Shown: positions 52,630 to 64,000 of the stretch, piece after piece
How positions within the stretch are numbered: the first letter of the stretch is position 1
Layout: each line of letters opens with the position of its first letter
Assembly (NCBI GenBank): GCA_963700245.1
Contig: CAVOWV010000008.1
Span: forward strand, 6,180 to 70,179
Origin: an uncultured Chloroflexia bacterium
GTDB taxonomy: Bacteria > Chloroflexota > Limnocylindria > Limnocylindrales > CSP1-4
Direction of reading: 5' to 3'
Length of the DNA stretch: 64,000 nucleotides
Translations under genes and position numbers: made by a program
Notes under the pieces: generated by a model
What the model saw: only the letters and a program-made list of their open reading frames with translations
What the model was told of the DNA's origin: nothing
Databases searched by the model: none

Positions 52630-53373
52630 ATGTCTCCCTTCCGCCTCGCCCGGGACCGACTGACCCAACTCGTTACGCCGACGGGCCCCCACGACACGCC
52701 CGGCGCCTCCGTCGTCCGGCCGATGGTCTTCGGGGCGTCCGACGGCCTGGTCAGCAACCTCGCCCTCGTGATGGGCGTTGGTGCGGCGGCCGCCAACGAT
52801 CCGGGCGCGGTCATCATCGCGGGCATCGCCGGCCTCCTCGCCGGCGCCTTCTCCATGGCGGTGGGTGAGTACATCAGCGTCAGGAGCCAGCGCGAGATCC
52901 TGGACTACCAGATCGAGCTCCAGAAGACGCAGTTCCGGGAGGATCCGGCTTCGGAGGCGGCCATCCTGCGGTCCATCTACATGGCCAAGGGACTCTCGTC
53001 GGCGGAGGCTTCCCTCATCGTGGACCGCGTGATGGAGGACCACGGCCGGGCCCTGGACACCTTCGTGCGCGAGGAGATCGGGCTGTCCGGGGAGACGATG
53101 GGCTCGCCGCTCGCGGCCGGCGGATCCAGCTTCGCGGCCTTCGCGATCGGCGCCATCATCCCGGTGATCCCGTACCTCCTGCTCGAGGGCATGGCGGCCT
53201 TCTGGGTGTCGCTGGTCGTGTCGATCGGCGCGCTGTTCGCCCTCGGGGCCGTGGTCAGTCTGCTGACCCACCGCCCGCCGCTCGTGGTTGGGGCACGCCA
53301 GGCGCTCCTGGGGCTCGCGGCCGCCGGGATCACGTACGGCATCGGCGCGCTGCTCGGGGTGGCGATGGCCTGA
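52630..53373 (+). CDS. VIT1/CCC1-family Fe/Mn transporter
   Basis: VFGASDGLVS, AGAFSMAVGEYISVRSQRE. Confidence 0.92.
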   Translation: MSPFRLARDRLTQLVTPTGPHDTPGASVVRPMVFGASDGLVSNLALVMGVGAAAANDPGAVIIAGIAGLLAGAFSMAVGEYISVRSQREILDYQIELQKTQFREDPASEAAILRSIYMAKGLSSAEASLIVDRVMEDHGRALDTFVREEIGLSGETMGSPLAAGGSSFAAFAIGAIIPVIPYLLLEGMAAFWVSLVVSIGALFALGAVVSLLTHRPPLVVGARQALLGLAAAGITYGIGALLGVAMA

Positions 53374-53399
53374 TCACGGTCATGCGGTCGCGCCTCTCT

Positions 53400-53571
53400 G
53401 CGACTCGCCACCGTGTCAATTCAGCCAGGCCGGCGGGGGGCTGGGGCTCGATCCGTGCAGAATCGTCGTTGAGTCACTCGGCAGGGTGCCCGAGATGACT
53501 CCGCGCCGAGTTGACGGCCCGTCGTGACCCGACATGGAGTCAGGACGGTCATATGACACGGCAGGGAGTCA
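53400..53571 (+). repeat. Gene-less copy of the YGAC-N10-GTCA module
   Basis: Boxes at 53401, 53496, 53525, 53554; 53479-53492 identical to 10230-10243; 53554-53570 is the reverse complement of 9123-9139. Confidence 0.8.
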
Positions 53572-53726
53572 CCCGAGGACTCGCCCGACGGGTCGCCCGA
53601 GAGGTCGCCCGAGGGAACCCAGAAGGAGCCTCCTCCGGTCGCCTTCCCGGGACTCCGCGTCCCCCGGGACGTCCCGCTGCCACACGGGACCGTCCACGTG
53701 CAGGTCCCCGCTCCGGACCACCGGCA

Positions 53727-53803
53727 CTTGACAGGATTCCTTGTCAAGCCCCCCGACCGGGGGTACTCTCGGCCGTCGGCGAGGCCTGTCAAGACTTGAC
53801 AGG
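53727..53803 (+). promoter_or_regulatory. Promoter region of dnaG-rpoD with two CTTGACA-based inverted repeats
   Basis: TTGTCA(53741)-N17-TACTCT(53764); CTTGACA-N8-TGTCAAG and CCTGTCAAG-A-CTTGACAGG. Confidence 0.65.
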
Positions 53804-53856
53804 TCCGCAGTCATTTCCGCCGGAACGAGAACCCGGATACCGGGGAGGAGCTGCGG

Positions 53857-55791
53857 TTGGCGGTCGGCGTCGTCGCCGAGATCAAGGGCCGCCTGCCCGT
53901 CGCGGACGTGGTGGGGGAGACGGTCCAGCTGAAGAAGGCGGGCACCACCCTCAAGGGGCTGTGCCCGTTCCACGGCGAGAAGACGCCGTCCTTCGTCGTC
54001 ACCCCGGCGCGCGACACGTGGCACTGCTTCGGGTGCGGCAAGCACGGGGACATCTTCACCTTCGTGATGGAACGCGACACCCTCGCGTTCCCCGAGGCGC
54101 TCAAGCAGCTTGCCGCCCGGGCCGGCGTGGAGCTGGACGAGCGGACGAAGCGCGAGGATGCCCACAACGCCCGGCTGCGGACGGTTCTCGAGGGCGCCAT
54201 CGCCTTCTATCACGCGGTCCTGACGGGTTCGAAGACCGGTGCGCCCGCGTTGGACTACCTCCGTGGTCGCGGCTTCACGGACGAGACCATCGCGAAGCAC
54301 CAGCTGGGTTGGGCGCCGGCAGGTTGGGACCAGCTGGTCCGCCAGCTGGCCACCAAGCGCCAGGTGACACCGCAGGAGCTCCTCGAGGTTGGCCTCGCCA
54401 GCCCGCGCCAGCGCGGTGGAGGCGTCTACGACCGCTTCCGGGAGCGGGTGATCTTCCCGATCCGCGATGCGGGCGGGCATCCCGTCGGCCTCGGCGGCCG
54501 GATCCTGGGCAAGGAAGGCGAAGGTGGCGCGGACACCGGCCCGAAGTACCTCAACTCGCCGGCGACCCCGCTGTTCGACAAGAGCCGAACCCTCTATCTC
54601 ATCGACCGCGCGAAGACGGCGATCCGGAAGACCGGCCAGGCCGTCATCGTCGAGGGCTACACGGACGCGCTGATGGCGCACCAGTCGGGCTTCGAGAACG
54701 TCGTGGCGAGCCTGGGCACGGCGCTCACGCCCCAGCAGGTGGCGCTGATCACCCGCTACGCGAAACGGATCGCGCTCGCCTACGACGTCGATGCGGCGGG
54801 CGAGAAGGCGGGCACGTTCGGGGCGACGGCCCTGGAGGAGGTCATCCGCCAGCTGGCCGCCGGCGACACCGGCGTGGAGCTGGACGACGTCCGTGTCGTG
54901 CGCCTGCCAGAAGGACGGGACCCGGACGAGGTCCTGCGCGACGAGCCGGATCGCTGGCGCGAGGAGGTCCGGACCGCGCGGCCCATCGTGGACCACCTGA
55001 TCGACGTCCACGCGCGCGCCCACGACCTGCGCACTCCGGGTGGCCAGGCCCGCTTCGTGGACGCGGTGCTGCCGATCGTCCGCAACCTCGCCAACCCGGT
55101 GCTCCGGGACGCGTACCTCGGCCGGATCCGCCAGGTTTCCGGCGTGGAGGAGCGGACCCTGATCGAGGCGATGCATCGCCGCCGCGACCGCGAGCACGAC
55201 GCCAGATCCGGCAGTGACCGCTTCTCCGCTGCCGCGGTGACCAGCGCACCCGACGCGCTGCCCGTCACCGAGATCCTGCGCGGCGTCTCGCGCACCGAGC
55301 AGGAGATCCTGCGCCTGGTCCTGCTCGTCCCCGAGTCGCACGACGCGCTCCTCGACGGGCTGGGCCCGGACCGGATGCCCAGCCAGGTCGCCCGCGAGCT
55401 CTTCCGCGCCGTGGTGATCGCCCGGACCCGCGACGATCACGGGGTGCGCCCGCCGTTCGCGCTGACGGCGATCCTCGACGGCCTGGACGAGGAGAGCCGT
55501 GCCCTTGGCCAGGCGCTTGTCTCCCGGCCCGGGCCCAACCCCCGGGACCTGGGTGACCGGTCGCTCGCCTACGAGATCGAACGCCTGATCCTCGAGCTCG
55601 AGGACGCCGAGTGGCACGAGCGCAGCGGCTTCAACCGCGACGCGATGGCCGAGGCGGAGCGCGACGCCGACACCGGCGCCTTCGAGCGCCTGATGCAGGA
55701 GCGCCGCCACCTCAACGAGCAGCGCCGGTCGCTGGACAAGCGCCGCGACCAGACCCGCCTCCTTGCCCGTCCGGCGGTCCCCGCCGGATGA
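53857..55791 (+). CDS. dnaG: DNA primase
   Basis: [11 protein letters not shown]...CFGC zinc finger, [28 protein letters not shown]. Confidence 0.97.
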   Translation: MAVGVVAEIKGRLPVADVVGETVQLKKAGTTLKGLCPFHGEKTPSFVVTPARDTWHCFGCGKHGDIFTFVMERDTLAFPEALKQLAARAGVELDERTKREDAHNARLRTVLEGAIAFYHAVLTGSKTGAPALDYLRGRGFTDETIAKHQLGWAPAGWDQLVRQLATKRQVTPQELLEVGLASPRQRGGGVYDRFRERVIFPIRDAGGHPVGLGGRILGKEGEGGADTGPKYLNSPATPLFDKSRTLYLIDRAKTAIRKTGQAVIVEGYTDALMAHQSGFENVVASLGTALTPQQVALITRYAKRIALAYDVDAAGEKAGTFGATALEEVIRQLAAGDTGVELDDVRVVRLPEGRDPDEVLRDEPDRWREEVRTARPIVDHLIDVHARAHDLRTPGGQARFVDAVLPIVRNLANPVLRDAYLGRIRQVSGVEERTLIEAMHRRRDREHDARSGSDRFSAAAVTSAPDALPVTEILRGVSRTEQEILRLVLLVPESHDALLDGLGPDRMPSQVARELFRAVVIARTRDDHGVRPPFALTAILDGLDEESRALGQALVSRPGPNPRDLGDRSLAYEIERLILELEDAEWHERSGFNRDAMAEAERDADTGAFERLMQERRHLNEQRRSLDKRRDQTRLLARPAVPAG

Positions 55792-55876
55792 GCCGCCATC
55801 CGATCCCCACTGCCAGTCATCGCCACCCGCCACGCGTCCCAGCGCCGCTCCAGCCAGCCCGGAGGTTCCCTCGAGC

Positions 55877-57649
<1,773 letters not shown>

Positions 57650-57749
57650 GTTCCGGAGTCGGGCAGCGGCGGGGCCGCCGGCGCCCTCCGGGTATCATGG
57701 GGACGCGTCAAACGTCCATAGAAGGCCGGGTCTGCCCGGGAGGTTGGTC

Positions 57750-58166
57750 ATGAAGCTCGTCGTCGGTTTTCTCTCCGGGCTCGTCATCGGGGCCGTCGGT
57801 GCGGTGGCCTACTCGGTGCAGTCCGGCCGTGATCTTCGCGAGGCATTCGAGGAGGTCCGCGGCGACCTGTCCAAGGGTGACCTCGAGGCCCTCGGCGCGA
57901 GGCTCGAATCCCGGGTGACCGAGATGCAGGCCCAGCTCGAGACGCGGATCGCACAGGTCCGCGAGCGCGCGGAGGCCGCCAGGGACGAGGCCACCCCGGT
58001 CGTGACCGATGCCGTGGATGCTGCCAGCGAGAAGGCTGCGCCCGTGGCCGACGATGTCGCTGCGGCCGCGAAGGACACCACCGCCGACGTGAAGGACGCC
58101 GCGGCCGATGCCGCCGAGCAGGTGGCCGATGCCGCCGAGGCCGCCCAGGACAAGGCGGACGCCTGA
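57750..58166 (+). CDS. Hypothetical membrane-anchored coiled-coil protein (YtxH-like)
   Basis: N-term TM MKLVVGFLSGLVIG; Ala/Asp-rich tail; GGAGG RBS. Confidence 0.7.
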   Translation: MKLVVGFLSGLVIGAVGAVAYSVQSGRDLREAFEEVRGDLSKGDLEALGARLESRVTEMQAQLETRIAQVRERAEAARDEATPVVTDAVDAASEKAAPVADDVAAAAKDTTADVKDAAADAAEQVADAAEAAQDKADA

Positions 58167-58229
58167 AGCCTGGCGCCGCGCGTTCGCCGCTGACGGCCGC
58201 ACCCGCAGATCCGGGCTAGCATCGAAAGC

Positions 58230-58556
58230 ATGCCGCCGCAGGCGTATGCCCTCGTCATCCTGTTCCTGGCCTGCTCCGTGCTGGCCGGGATCGTCGCCGT
58301 GCGCCTGGTCGCACGGCTCGGCGGTCCTCGCGGGCGGATCGCCTACGTCCTCCCCATCCTCGGCGGGTTCGGCGCCTTCTACCTGATAGGGCACCGCTTC
58401 GGGATCGTCATCGGCCCGGAGGTCGGGCTGTTCGGCTTCCAGGTCGCGCTGCTGGGTGACATCCTCATCGGGTTCGCTGCCGCCCTCTCGGTGGCCGTGG
58501 TCCAGGCGCTGGTGGTCCGAGCGCTCCCAGGCCGGCGGGCACCCGGCGAGGCCTGA
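58230..58556 (+). CDS. Small membrane protein
   Basis: Three hydrophobic segments. Confidence 0.65.
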   Translation: MPPQAYALVILFLACSVLAGIVAVRLVARLGGPRGRIAYVLPILGGFGAFYLIGHRFGIVIGPEVGLFGFQVALLGDILIGFAAALSVAVVQALVVRALPGRRAPGEA

Positions 58557-58583
58557 TCGGGTCGCGGCCCGCAACCTCGGTCG

Positions 58584-59422
58584 CTAGCCCTCGTACCTGC
58601 CCGGCTCGTCGCCGGTCGTCACCGGCAACCCGGCCCGCGACCAGTCGCTATAGGAGCCCGGGTAGAGGATCGGGTCCGGCAGCCCGGCCACCCGCATCGC
58701 CAGCGCCGTGTGACACGCCGTGACGCCGGAGCCGCAGGACGTCACGACATCGGGGCCAAGACCGCCGAGTCGGTCGCGCAGCTCGTCCGGGCCGAGGAAG
58801 TGCCCGTCTGGGGCCAGGCTGGTCGCGCTCGGGTGGCTGCGGGCGCCCGGGATGTGCCCGGGCACCGGATCGACGGGCTCGAGCTCACCGCGGTAACGCT
58901 CGGTCGCACGGGCGTCGACGAAGCGTGACGTCGCCGGCGAGCAGGCGGGCGACGAGTGCATCGCGATCGATGACGCGTGTCCAGGCAGAGCGCAGCGAGA
59001 GCTGGCCCGGAACCGGCACCGGCACCTGTGCCGTGAGCGGGCCGCCGGCGGCCACCCAGGCCCCGATCCCGCCATCGAGGACGCGGACGTTGCGGTGGCC
59101 CAGGTCGTCGAGCATCCACCACAGGCGCGCCGCGATCGTGCCGCCGGCGTCGTCGTAGGCGACCACCTCGCTGTCATCGCCGATGCCGATCTGCTCCATG
59201 CGGGCCACGAAGTCGGCCGGAGAGGGGAGGGGATGGCGGCCAGGGCCCTCGGCCGCCACGAGGTCGCGGTCCACGTCCACGAAGACGGCGCCGGGCAGGT
59301 GCGCGGCGTCGTAGTCGCGACGGCCCTTGCCGGGATCGGTCAGCCACCACCGGACGTCGCAGATCCGCAGCGCGGGGTCGTCGAGTCCGCACGAGCAGGG
59401 CGCCGGCCGAGATGAGGCTCAT
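58584..59422 (-). CDS. sseA: Tandem-rhodanese sulfurtransferase (SseA/3-MST-like); several frameshifts
   Basis: HLPGAVF, GRHPLP, AARLWW, VLDGG, GHIPGA, active-site CGSGVTA, LYPGSYSDW. Confidence 0.88.
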
Positions 59423-59529
59423 CGGCCGGAGTCTATGGGCTCGGCGAGACCCACGCGGGACGGGGTCCTGCTATTCTCTGCCGCGGCGCCGCGACGGCGC
59501 CCCGAGACCGGCCCGTCCGGCCTCTTCGC

Positions 59530-59604
59530 TCCGGCGTAGCTCAGTGGTAGAGCGGGTGACTGTTAATCACTTGGTCAGAGGTTCGAATCCTCTCGCCGGA
59601 GCCA
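59530..59604 (+). tRNA. tRNA-Asn(GTT)
   Basis: TCCGGCG/CGCCGGA acceptor stem, GTGAC-TGTTAA-TCAC anticodon arm, GTTCGAA T loop, encoded CCA. Confidence 0.97.
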
Positions 59605-59605
59605 C

Positions 59606-60912
59606 TGTCATGAGTCGCGACATATGAGTCACATGAGTCGGGACATGTGAGTCAGTCAGTCGCCCGAGACCCCGGCCATCGGCCGGGGTCTCGCCGTGTG
59701 TTGCGCCAGTACCCCTTGTCGGGCTCGATCAGGTGGCTCGAGAGGATCTCGCCGGTGTCGAGGGCGACGACGGTCACCTCCTGCTCGTCCACGATCGCGA
59801 GCACCCGGGTGCGCGCGTGTGCCTGCGCCGACCTTGAGGTGGTGCAGCCGCCCGGCACGCCGGAGGGTTATGGCGCCCTTGCTGTCCGTCGTGTCGTAGC
59901 GGAGGCGGAAGTGGCCGCGGCCGGCGGGACCCGATGGCCGGTCCTTGGGGATCGCCCGGTACGCCTCGCCCGGGGTCCGCCGGCCGATCGCCCGGTGCGG
60001 CCGCTGCTCGTTGTAGACCTCGCGGAAGGCGTCGAGTTGGGCCTGGAGCGCGGTGAGGGTCGGCGCGCCGTGGCTGCCGTGCCAGCCAGCGCTTCAGGGT
60101 CTGGTGGAACCGCTCGATCTTGCCCTGGGTCTGGGGGTGGCCCGGGTTGCCGTTCTTCTGGCGGATGCCGAGGTACGCGAGCAGGTGCTCGAGGCCGTTG
60201 CGGCCCCCGACCAGCCTGTGGTGTACACGGTCCCGTTGTCGGTGAGCGTGGCGGCGGGCCAGCCGTGCGCGTCGCCCGCTGCGGTGAAGGTCGCGACCAC
60301 GTCGTCGCCGCCCACCCGCCGGAACACCGTGCACCCGAGCAGGTAGCGGGAGTGGTCGTCGAGCCAGCTCGCGATCTCGACCTCGCTGCCGTCGGCCAGT
60401 CGCCAGTGGGTGAAGTCCGCCTGCCAGACCTCGTTGGGCGCGGCCGCCTCGAACCGGATCCAGGAGCTCCGTGGACGCTTGTGCGGCTCGGGCACGACGA
60501 GGCCCGCGGCGTGGAGCGCCCGGCGGATGGTCGAGACCGACGGCACCGGCAGGCCTTCCCGCCCGAGGTGCCAGGCGATCGTGACCGGCCCCGCGTCGAG
60601 CCCGCGGGCGGCCAGCTCCCGGCGGAGGGCGAGGACCCGGTCGCGGACCGCGTCCGGCGTGTCGCGCGGGTTGGTCAGGGGTCGGCGGGAACGTGGCTCG
60701 AGGGCCTCGAGCCCGCCGTCGCGGTAGCGGGGGAGCAGGCGAGTGAGCTGCTGCCGGCTGATCCCGTACGCGGCCGCCGCGGCCGTGACGGACAGCTCCC
60801 TGGAGACGACCTTGAGGACGGCCACCCGATGCTTCGACATGCGCTCGACTGTCACGCATGTCCCGACTCATCAGACTCGTATCACCTGACTCACATGTCG
60901 TGAACTCAGACA
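59606..60912 (-). mobile_element. IS481-family insertion sequence with 16-bp flanking duplication
   Basis: TGT...ACA ends; imperfect terminal IRs with internal ATGAGTCGGGACATG at both ends; CTCTCGCCGGAGCCAC at 59590-59605 and 60913-60928. Confidence 0.9.
59652..60840 (-). CDS. IS481-family DDE transposase (frameshifted in this assembly)
   Basis: N-term HTH, WQADFT, DDHSR, TDNG, PQTQGKIERFHQTLK across frames. Confidence 0.88.
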
Positions 60913-60927
60913 CTCTCGCCGGAGCCA

Positions 60928-61158
60928 CTACTCCAAGCACGAATTAGGCCCTCCCGATGCAGGGAGGGCCTCTTCCTTGTCGGGGCATACCCGATCCTTA
61001 CCCCCATCAGTTTCGGCAACCTCGCGCATCAGGAGGTCCATGCGGTCGGCCGACCGCTGCAGCATTGACGGATTGACGTGCGAGTAGAACGAGGCCGTGG
61101 TCGAGATGCTCGCGTGCCCCAGGATGCGCGACACGACGGACAGTCCTTCGCCGGCCTC
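60928..61158 (-). pseudogene. C-terminal remnant of a tyrosine integrase
   Basis: [20 protein letters not shown] (box II His and catalytic Tyr), oriented toward the tRNA. Confidence 0.8.
60946..60978 (+). terminator. Hairpin/terminator downstream of the duplicated tRNA 3' end
   Basis: AGGCCCTCCC-GATGCA-GGGAGGGCCT then CTTCCTT. Confidence 0.55.
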
Positions 61159-61302
61159 GACGACGGGCGCGAGCGGTCCTTGGAGGAGGTCGCCTTGGAG
61201 TTCGGCCTGACCCGCGAGCGCATCCGACAGATCGAGACCGAAGTGCTGCGCAAGCTCCGCAACCCGAGTCGCGCCCGCGGGCTCAGGCAGTACGCGGAGT
61301 AG
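61153..61302 (+). pseudogene. Remnant of sigma70 region 4 (RpoD paralog)
   Basis: [40 protein letters not shown]; similar to but diverged from resident rpoD C-terminus. Confidence 0.8.
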
Positions 61303-61495
61303 CCCGCCAGTTCGATCCCGGTCGGCCCACCAGCTGGCAGGGCCAGCGGGCGACCGGGATGCCCGCGGCTGCGTGACGGGCGGCGGCGATAGGCGGTCCG
61401 TTCGACTCTCGCAGAGTGGCACCGCTCCCGTGCATCGTCGCGGCGTTGCGGGAGGCCGCGACGCGCGGCTGGCTCGCCTGATGTGGTGATCACTC

Positions 61496-63295
61496 GTGCC
61501 CGGAGGCGGGACGGTGCGACGCGTCGTCATCAGCAGCTTTCTTGCCGCGGCCATGCTTGGCTGCGGCGGGACGCCACCCAGCGCACGTCCTGGCGAGTCT
61601 CCAGCCGCGTCGCCACCGCTGGCGGCGGCCATCTCCCCTTCGCCCAGCCCGTCGACGGTGTCGTTGCCCAAGGCGACAGCCCCCACGTCGTCAACCTGGA
61701 CGTCCTCTCCGACGCCGTCGCCCATCCGGATGGCCGAGATCCGACCGGAGAACTTCACGACCCACCCCGTCAAGGCGATGAGCAGTTCCGAGCGGACATG
61801 CGTGATCCGGAACGACGCGACGCTCGCCTGCTGGGGCCAGCCACAAGGGCAACCGCCGAAGGGGACGTTCACCGCCGTGAGCGTCGGCATGAGCGGCAGT
61901 TGCGCGATCCGGACTGACGGGACCGTTACCTGCTGGGTCTTCGATCCCGACCATGCGGGGGTGATGTCCGCTCCGCCCCCACCCGGCACCTTCACCTCGG
62001 TCAGCGCCGGGGACGGCCACTACTGCGCCATCCGGACCAACGGGACGCTCGCCTGCTGGGACGATCTGTCCGAGGACGGGGGCGACTACGACGAGGCTGA
62101 CTACGACGAGGCCGACTACTCGGCACCCGTCCCTCCCGCCGGAAAATTCACAGCGGTGAGCGTCGGGAACCAGGCGGACTGCGCCATCGGCGTGGACGGC
62201 TCACTCATCTGCTGGGGATATGACCTGGCGCCGTCCACGATCGACGACGGGACCTTCGCGGCAGTGAGCGTGCCCTGCGCGGTCAGGACCAACGGCGAAC
62301 TGGTCTGCTTCGGGCGGCTGGGCTTCGAGGGCGCGCGCCTGCCGACCGGGACATTCAGCGGCGTCGGTGTGGTCTCGTCCGGGGCGGAGTCCGGCTGTGC
62401 GATCCGGACCGACAAGACGCTCGCCTGCTGGGGCATCTCGGGCATGGACGATGCCGGCAACGACCTTCATGCGGCGACTCCGGCCGGGACCTACGCCGCC
62501 GTGGCCGTCGGCTGGAGTCACGCCTGCGCGCAGCGGACCGACGGGACTGTCGTCTGCTGGGGCAACGGGGGACTGCCCGGCCCGCTCGTGACGACGTCAC
62601 CGTTGCGGCCCCTGCAGGCGACGACCAAGATCCCGCTCCGCTGGAGCGGGTATCCGCTGTTCACGCCGATTGCCTCCTACTCTGTGAAGTACTGGGACTC
62701 CGGCTGGAACGCGGGGAACAGCGATGACTCCGTCCCGTTCCCCGATCCAGACGAAGACCTCCAGCCAGACGAAGACTCCCAGCCGATCACTTGGCGGTCG
62801 GCGACCAGGGCGACACATGGCACGTTCGCCGGGTCGCCAGGGCACACCTACTGCTTCGAGGTCACGTCGCGCGACGCCGAGGGGTTGGTCTCGGAGCCTG
62901 CTTGGCCCGGATGCACCGCCATCCCGCTCGATGACCGCTCCCTTCGGAGATCGGGCGACTGGACGCCACTGACCGGCTCGCGCTTCTACCAGTCCACAGC
63001 ACTCCGGTCGTCCAAGCGCGGAGCGACGCTGCGTCTCGATGGGGTCACCTCATCCGGTATCGCCCTGCTGGCGACCACCTGTCCCTCCTGCGGCTCAGTC
63101 GAGGTCCGCCTCGGTGGAGAGCTGCTGGAGAAGGTCAGCCTCCGCTCGCCGAGGACGATGAACCGACGGCTCCTTGTCGTGTTCTGGGACGACGGACAGT
63201 GCGAGTGCGGCGGTACGCTCGCGGTCAAGGTCGTCACGCGAGGCAAGCCGGTGATCATTGACGGGATCGCCCTGAGTGCAACCGGCGACAGCTGA
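61496..63295 (+). CDS. Exported RCC1/BLIP-II-like repeat protein with FN3-like C-terminal region
   Basis: Lipobox-like MLGC; repeats F-T-A-V-S-V-G..CAIRTDGTLACWG; GHTYCFEVTSRD. Confidence 0.8.
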   Translation: MPGGGTVRRVVISSFLAAAMLGCGGTPPSARPGESPAASPPLAAAISPSPSPSTVSLPKATAPTSSTWTSSPTPSPIRMAEIRPENFTTHPVKAMSSSERTCVIRNDATLACWGQPQGQPPKGTFTAVSVGMSGSCAIRTDGTVTCWVFDPDHAGVMSAPPPPGTFTSVSAGDGHYCAIRTNGTLACWDDLSEDGGDYDEADYDEADYSAPVPPAGKFTAVSVGNQADCAIGVDGSLICWGYDLAPSTIDDGTFAAVSVPCAVRTNGELVCFGRLGFEGARLPTGTFSGVGVVSSGAESGCAIRTDKTLACWGISGMDDAGNDLHAATPAGTYAAVAVGWSHACAQRTDGTVVCWGNGGLPGPLVTTSPLRPLQATTKIPLRWSGYPLFTPIASYSVKYWDSGWNAGNSDDSVPFPDPDEDLQPDEDSQPITWRSATRATHGTFAGSPGHTYCFEVTSRDAEGLVSEPAWPGCTAIPLDDRSLRRSGDWTPLTGSRFYQSTALRSSKRGATLRLDGVTSSGIALLATTCPSCGSVEVRLGGELLEKVSLRSPRTMNRRLLVVFWDDGQCECGGTLAVKVVTRGKPVIIDGIALSATGDS

Positions 63296-63547
63296 GCGAC
63301 CAGATGCATGAGAAACGGGCAGTGATCGATGCCCGCGGAATGCTCGGCTCGCCGGCAGGTGGCCCTAACAGCCCTCACGGCATGCTTGTGCGGTCCGTTC
63401 GCATCTGGATAGATCGAGTGGCCCTCATTCATCGTCGCAGCGATGTGGAAGGCTGAGCTTCACGGTTCGAACTCAGCCGCCGGGGCCACGCCAAGGTAGT
63501 GGCAGGTCCGACACGCAGAGACGGCGTCCCAGAGAGGGGCTCTCGCT

Positions 63548-64000
63548 GTGGCATCCGAGTTGACAGCCGCCGCTCGGCGGTGGACTGGCATCGCAGTCAT
63601 CGCCCTGCTCGCGTCGCTGCTGCCGCAGGCCCCAGCGCGCGTCGCTGCCGCCGAACCGGTTGCCTCGGCCGCTTCCGCGTGGGTGGACGTTAGTGCCGGC
63701 GACGACCACAACTGCGCGATCAGGGCGGACGGCTTGATCGCCTGCTGGGGACTCAATCAGTGGGGGCAGGCGACCCCGCCGACCGGGACATACCGGGTGG
63801 TAAGCGTCGGCGTTGGAAACAGCTGCGCCATCCAGACCGATGGCACGCTCGCCTGCTGGGGCCACAACTACTACGGCCAATCGACTCCGCCGGCAGGCGA
63901 GTTCACGGCGGTGAGCGTTGGCGACTTCCACGCATGTGCGATCGCTGGCGGCGGCACCATGGTGTGCTGGGGCGACGACACGTATGGCCAGGCGACGCCG
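63548..64000 (+). CDS. Second RCC1-like repeat protein (runs off window; absent from the ORF track)
   Basis: Signal peptide, then VSAGDDHNCAIRADGLIACWG, VSVGVGNSCAIQTDGTLACWG, VSVGDFHACAI. Confidence 0.8.
   Translation, partial: MASELTAAARRWTGIAVIALLASLLPQAPARVAAAEPVASAASAWVDVSAGDDHNCAIRADGLIACWGLNQWGQATPPTGTYRVVSVGVGNSCAIQTDGTLACWGHNYYGQSTPPAGEFTAVSVGDFHACAIAGGGTMVCWGDDTYGQATP

Noticed and set aside
59606-59656. TGAGTC repeats at IS481 ends as part of the TGAC-N10-GTCA family
   Set aside because: They lack the N10 palindrome and 29-bp period and are explained as IS481 transposase-binding repeats

Overview
High-GC (~70%+) bacterial chromosomal segment. Gene content suggests Chloroflexota or an actinobacterium-like soil/sediment lineage (inference only). 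Many conserved genes (uvrD2, ldh, cysE, hdrA, sseA) carry single-base frameshifts, most likely long-read assembly errors. Main content: a UvrD2 helicase, four ABC exporter loci, aspC, moxR-DUF58-DUF4129, ldh, cysE-cysK, several oxidoreductases and methyltransferases, and an ArsR-DsrE-TusA-MvhD-HdrL-HdrA-wHTH-QmoC-like redox/sulfur operon followed by two hemerythrin-like genes. Further right are dnaG-rpoD, a sulfurtransferase, tRNA-Asn(GTT) with an IS481 element inserted at its 3' end (16-bp duplication), and the edge of a decayed island (integrase and sigma70 remnants, RCC1-repeat proteins). The most striking unexplained structure is an XRE-HTH + PD-(D/E)XK nuclease gene (9272-10081) enclosed by ~130-bp inverted repeats with 29-bp-periodic YGAC-N10-GTCR boxes. 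Gene-less copies of the same module occur at ~41.2 kb and ~53.4 kb, and a second paralog (20719-21460) has its own different boxes; together these look like a candidate new mobile/REP-like element family. Also notable are a probable leaderless Cys-containing leader peptide upstream of cysE-cysK and four perfect CTTGACA boxes upstream of dnaG-rpoD.
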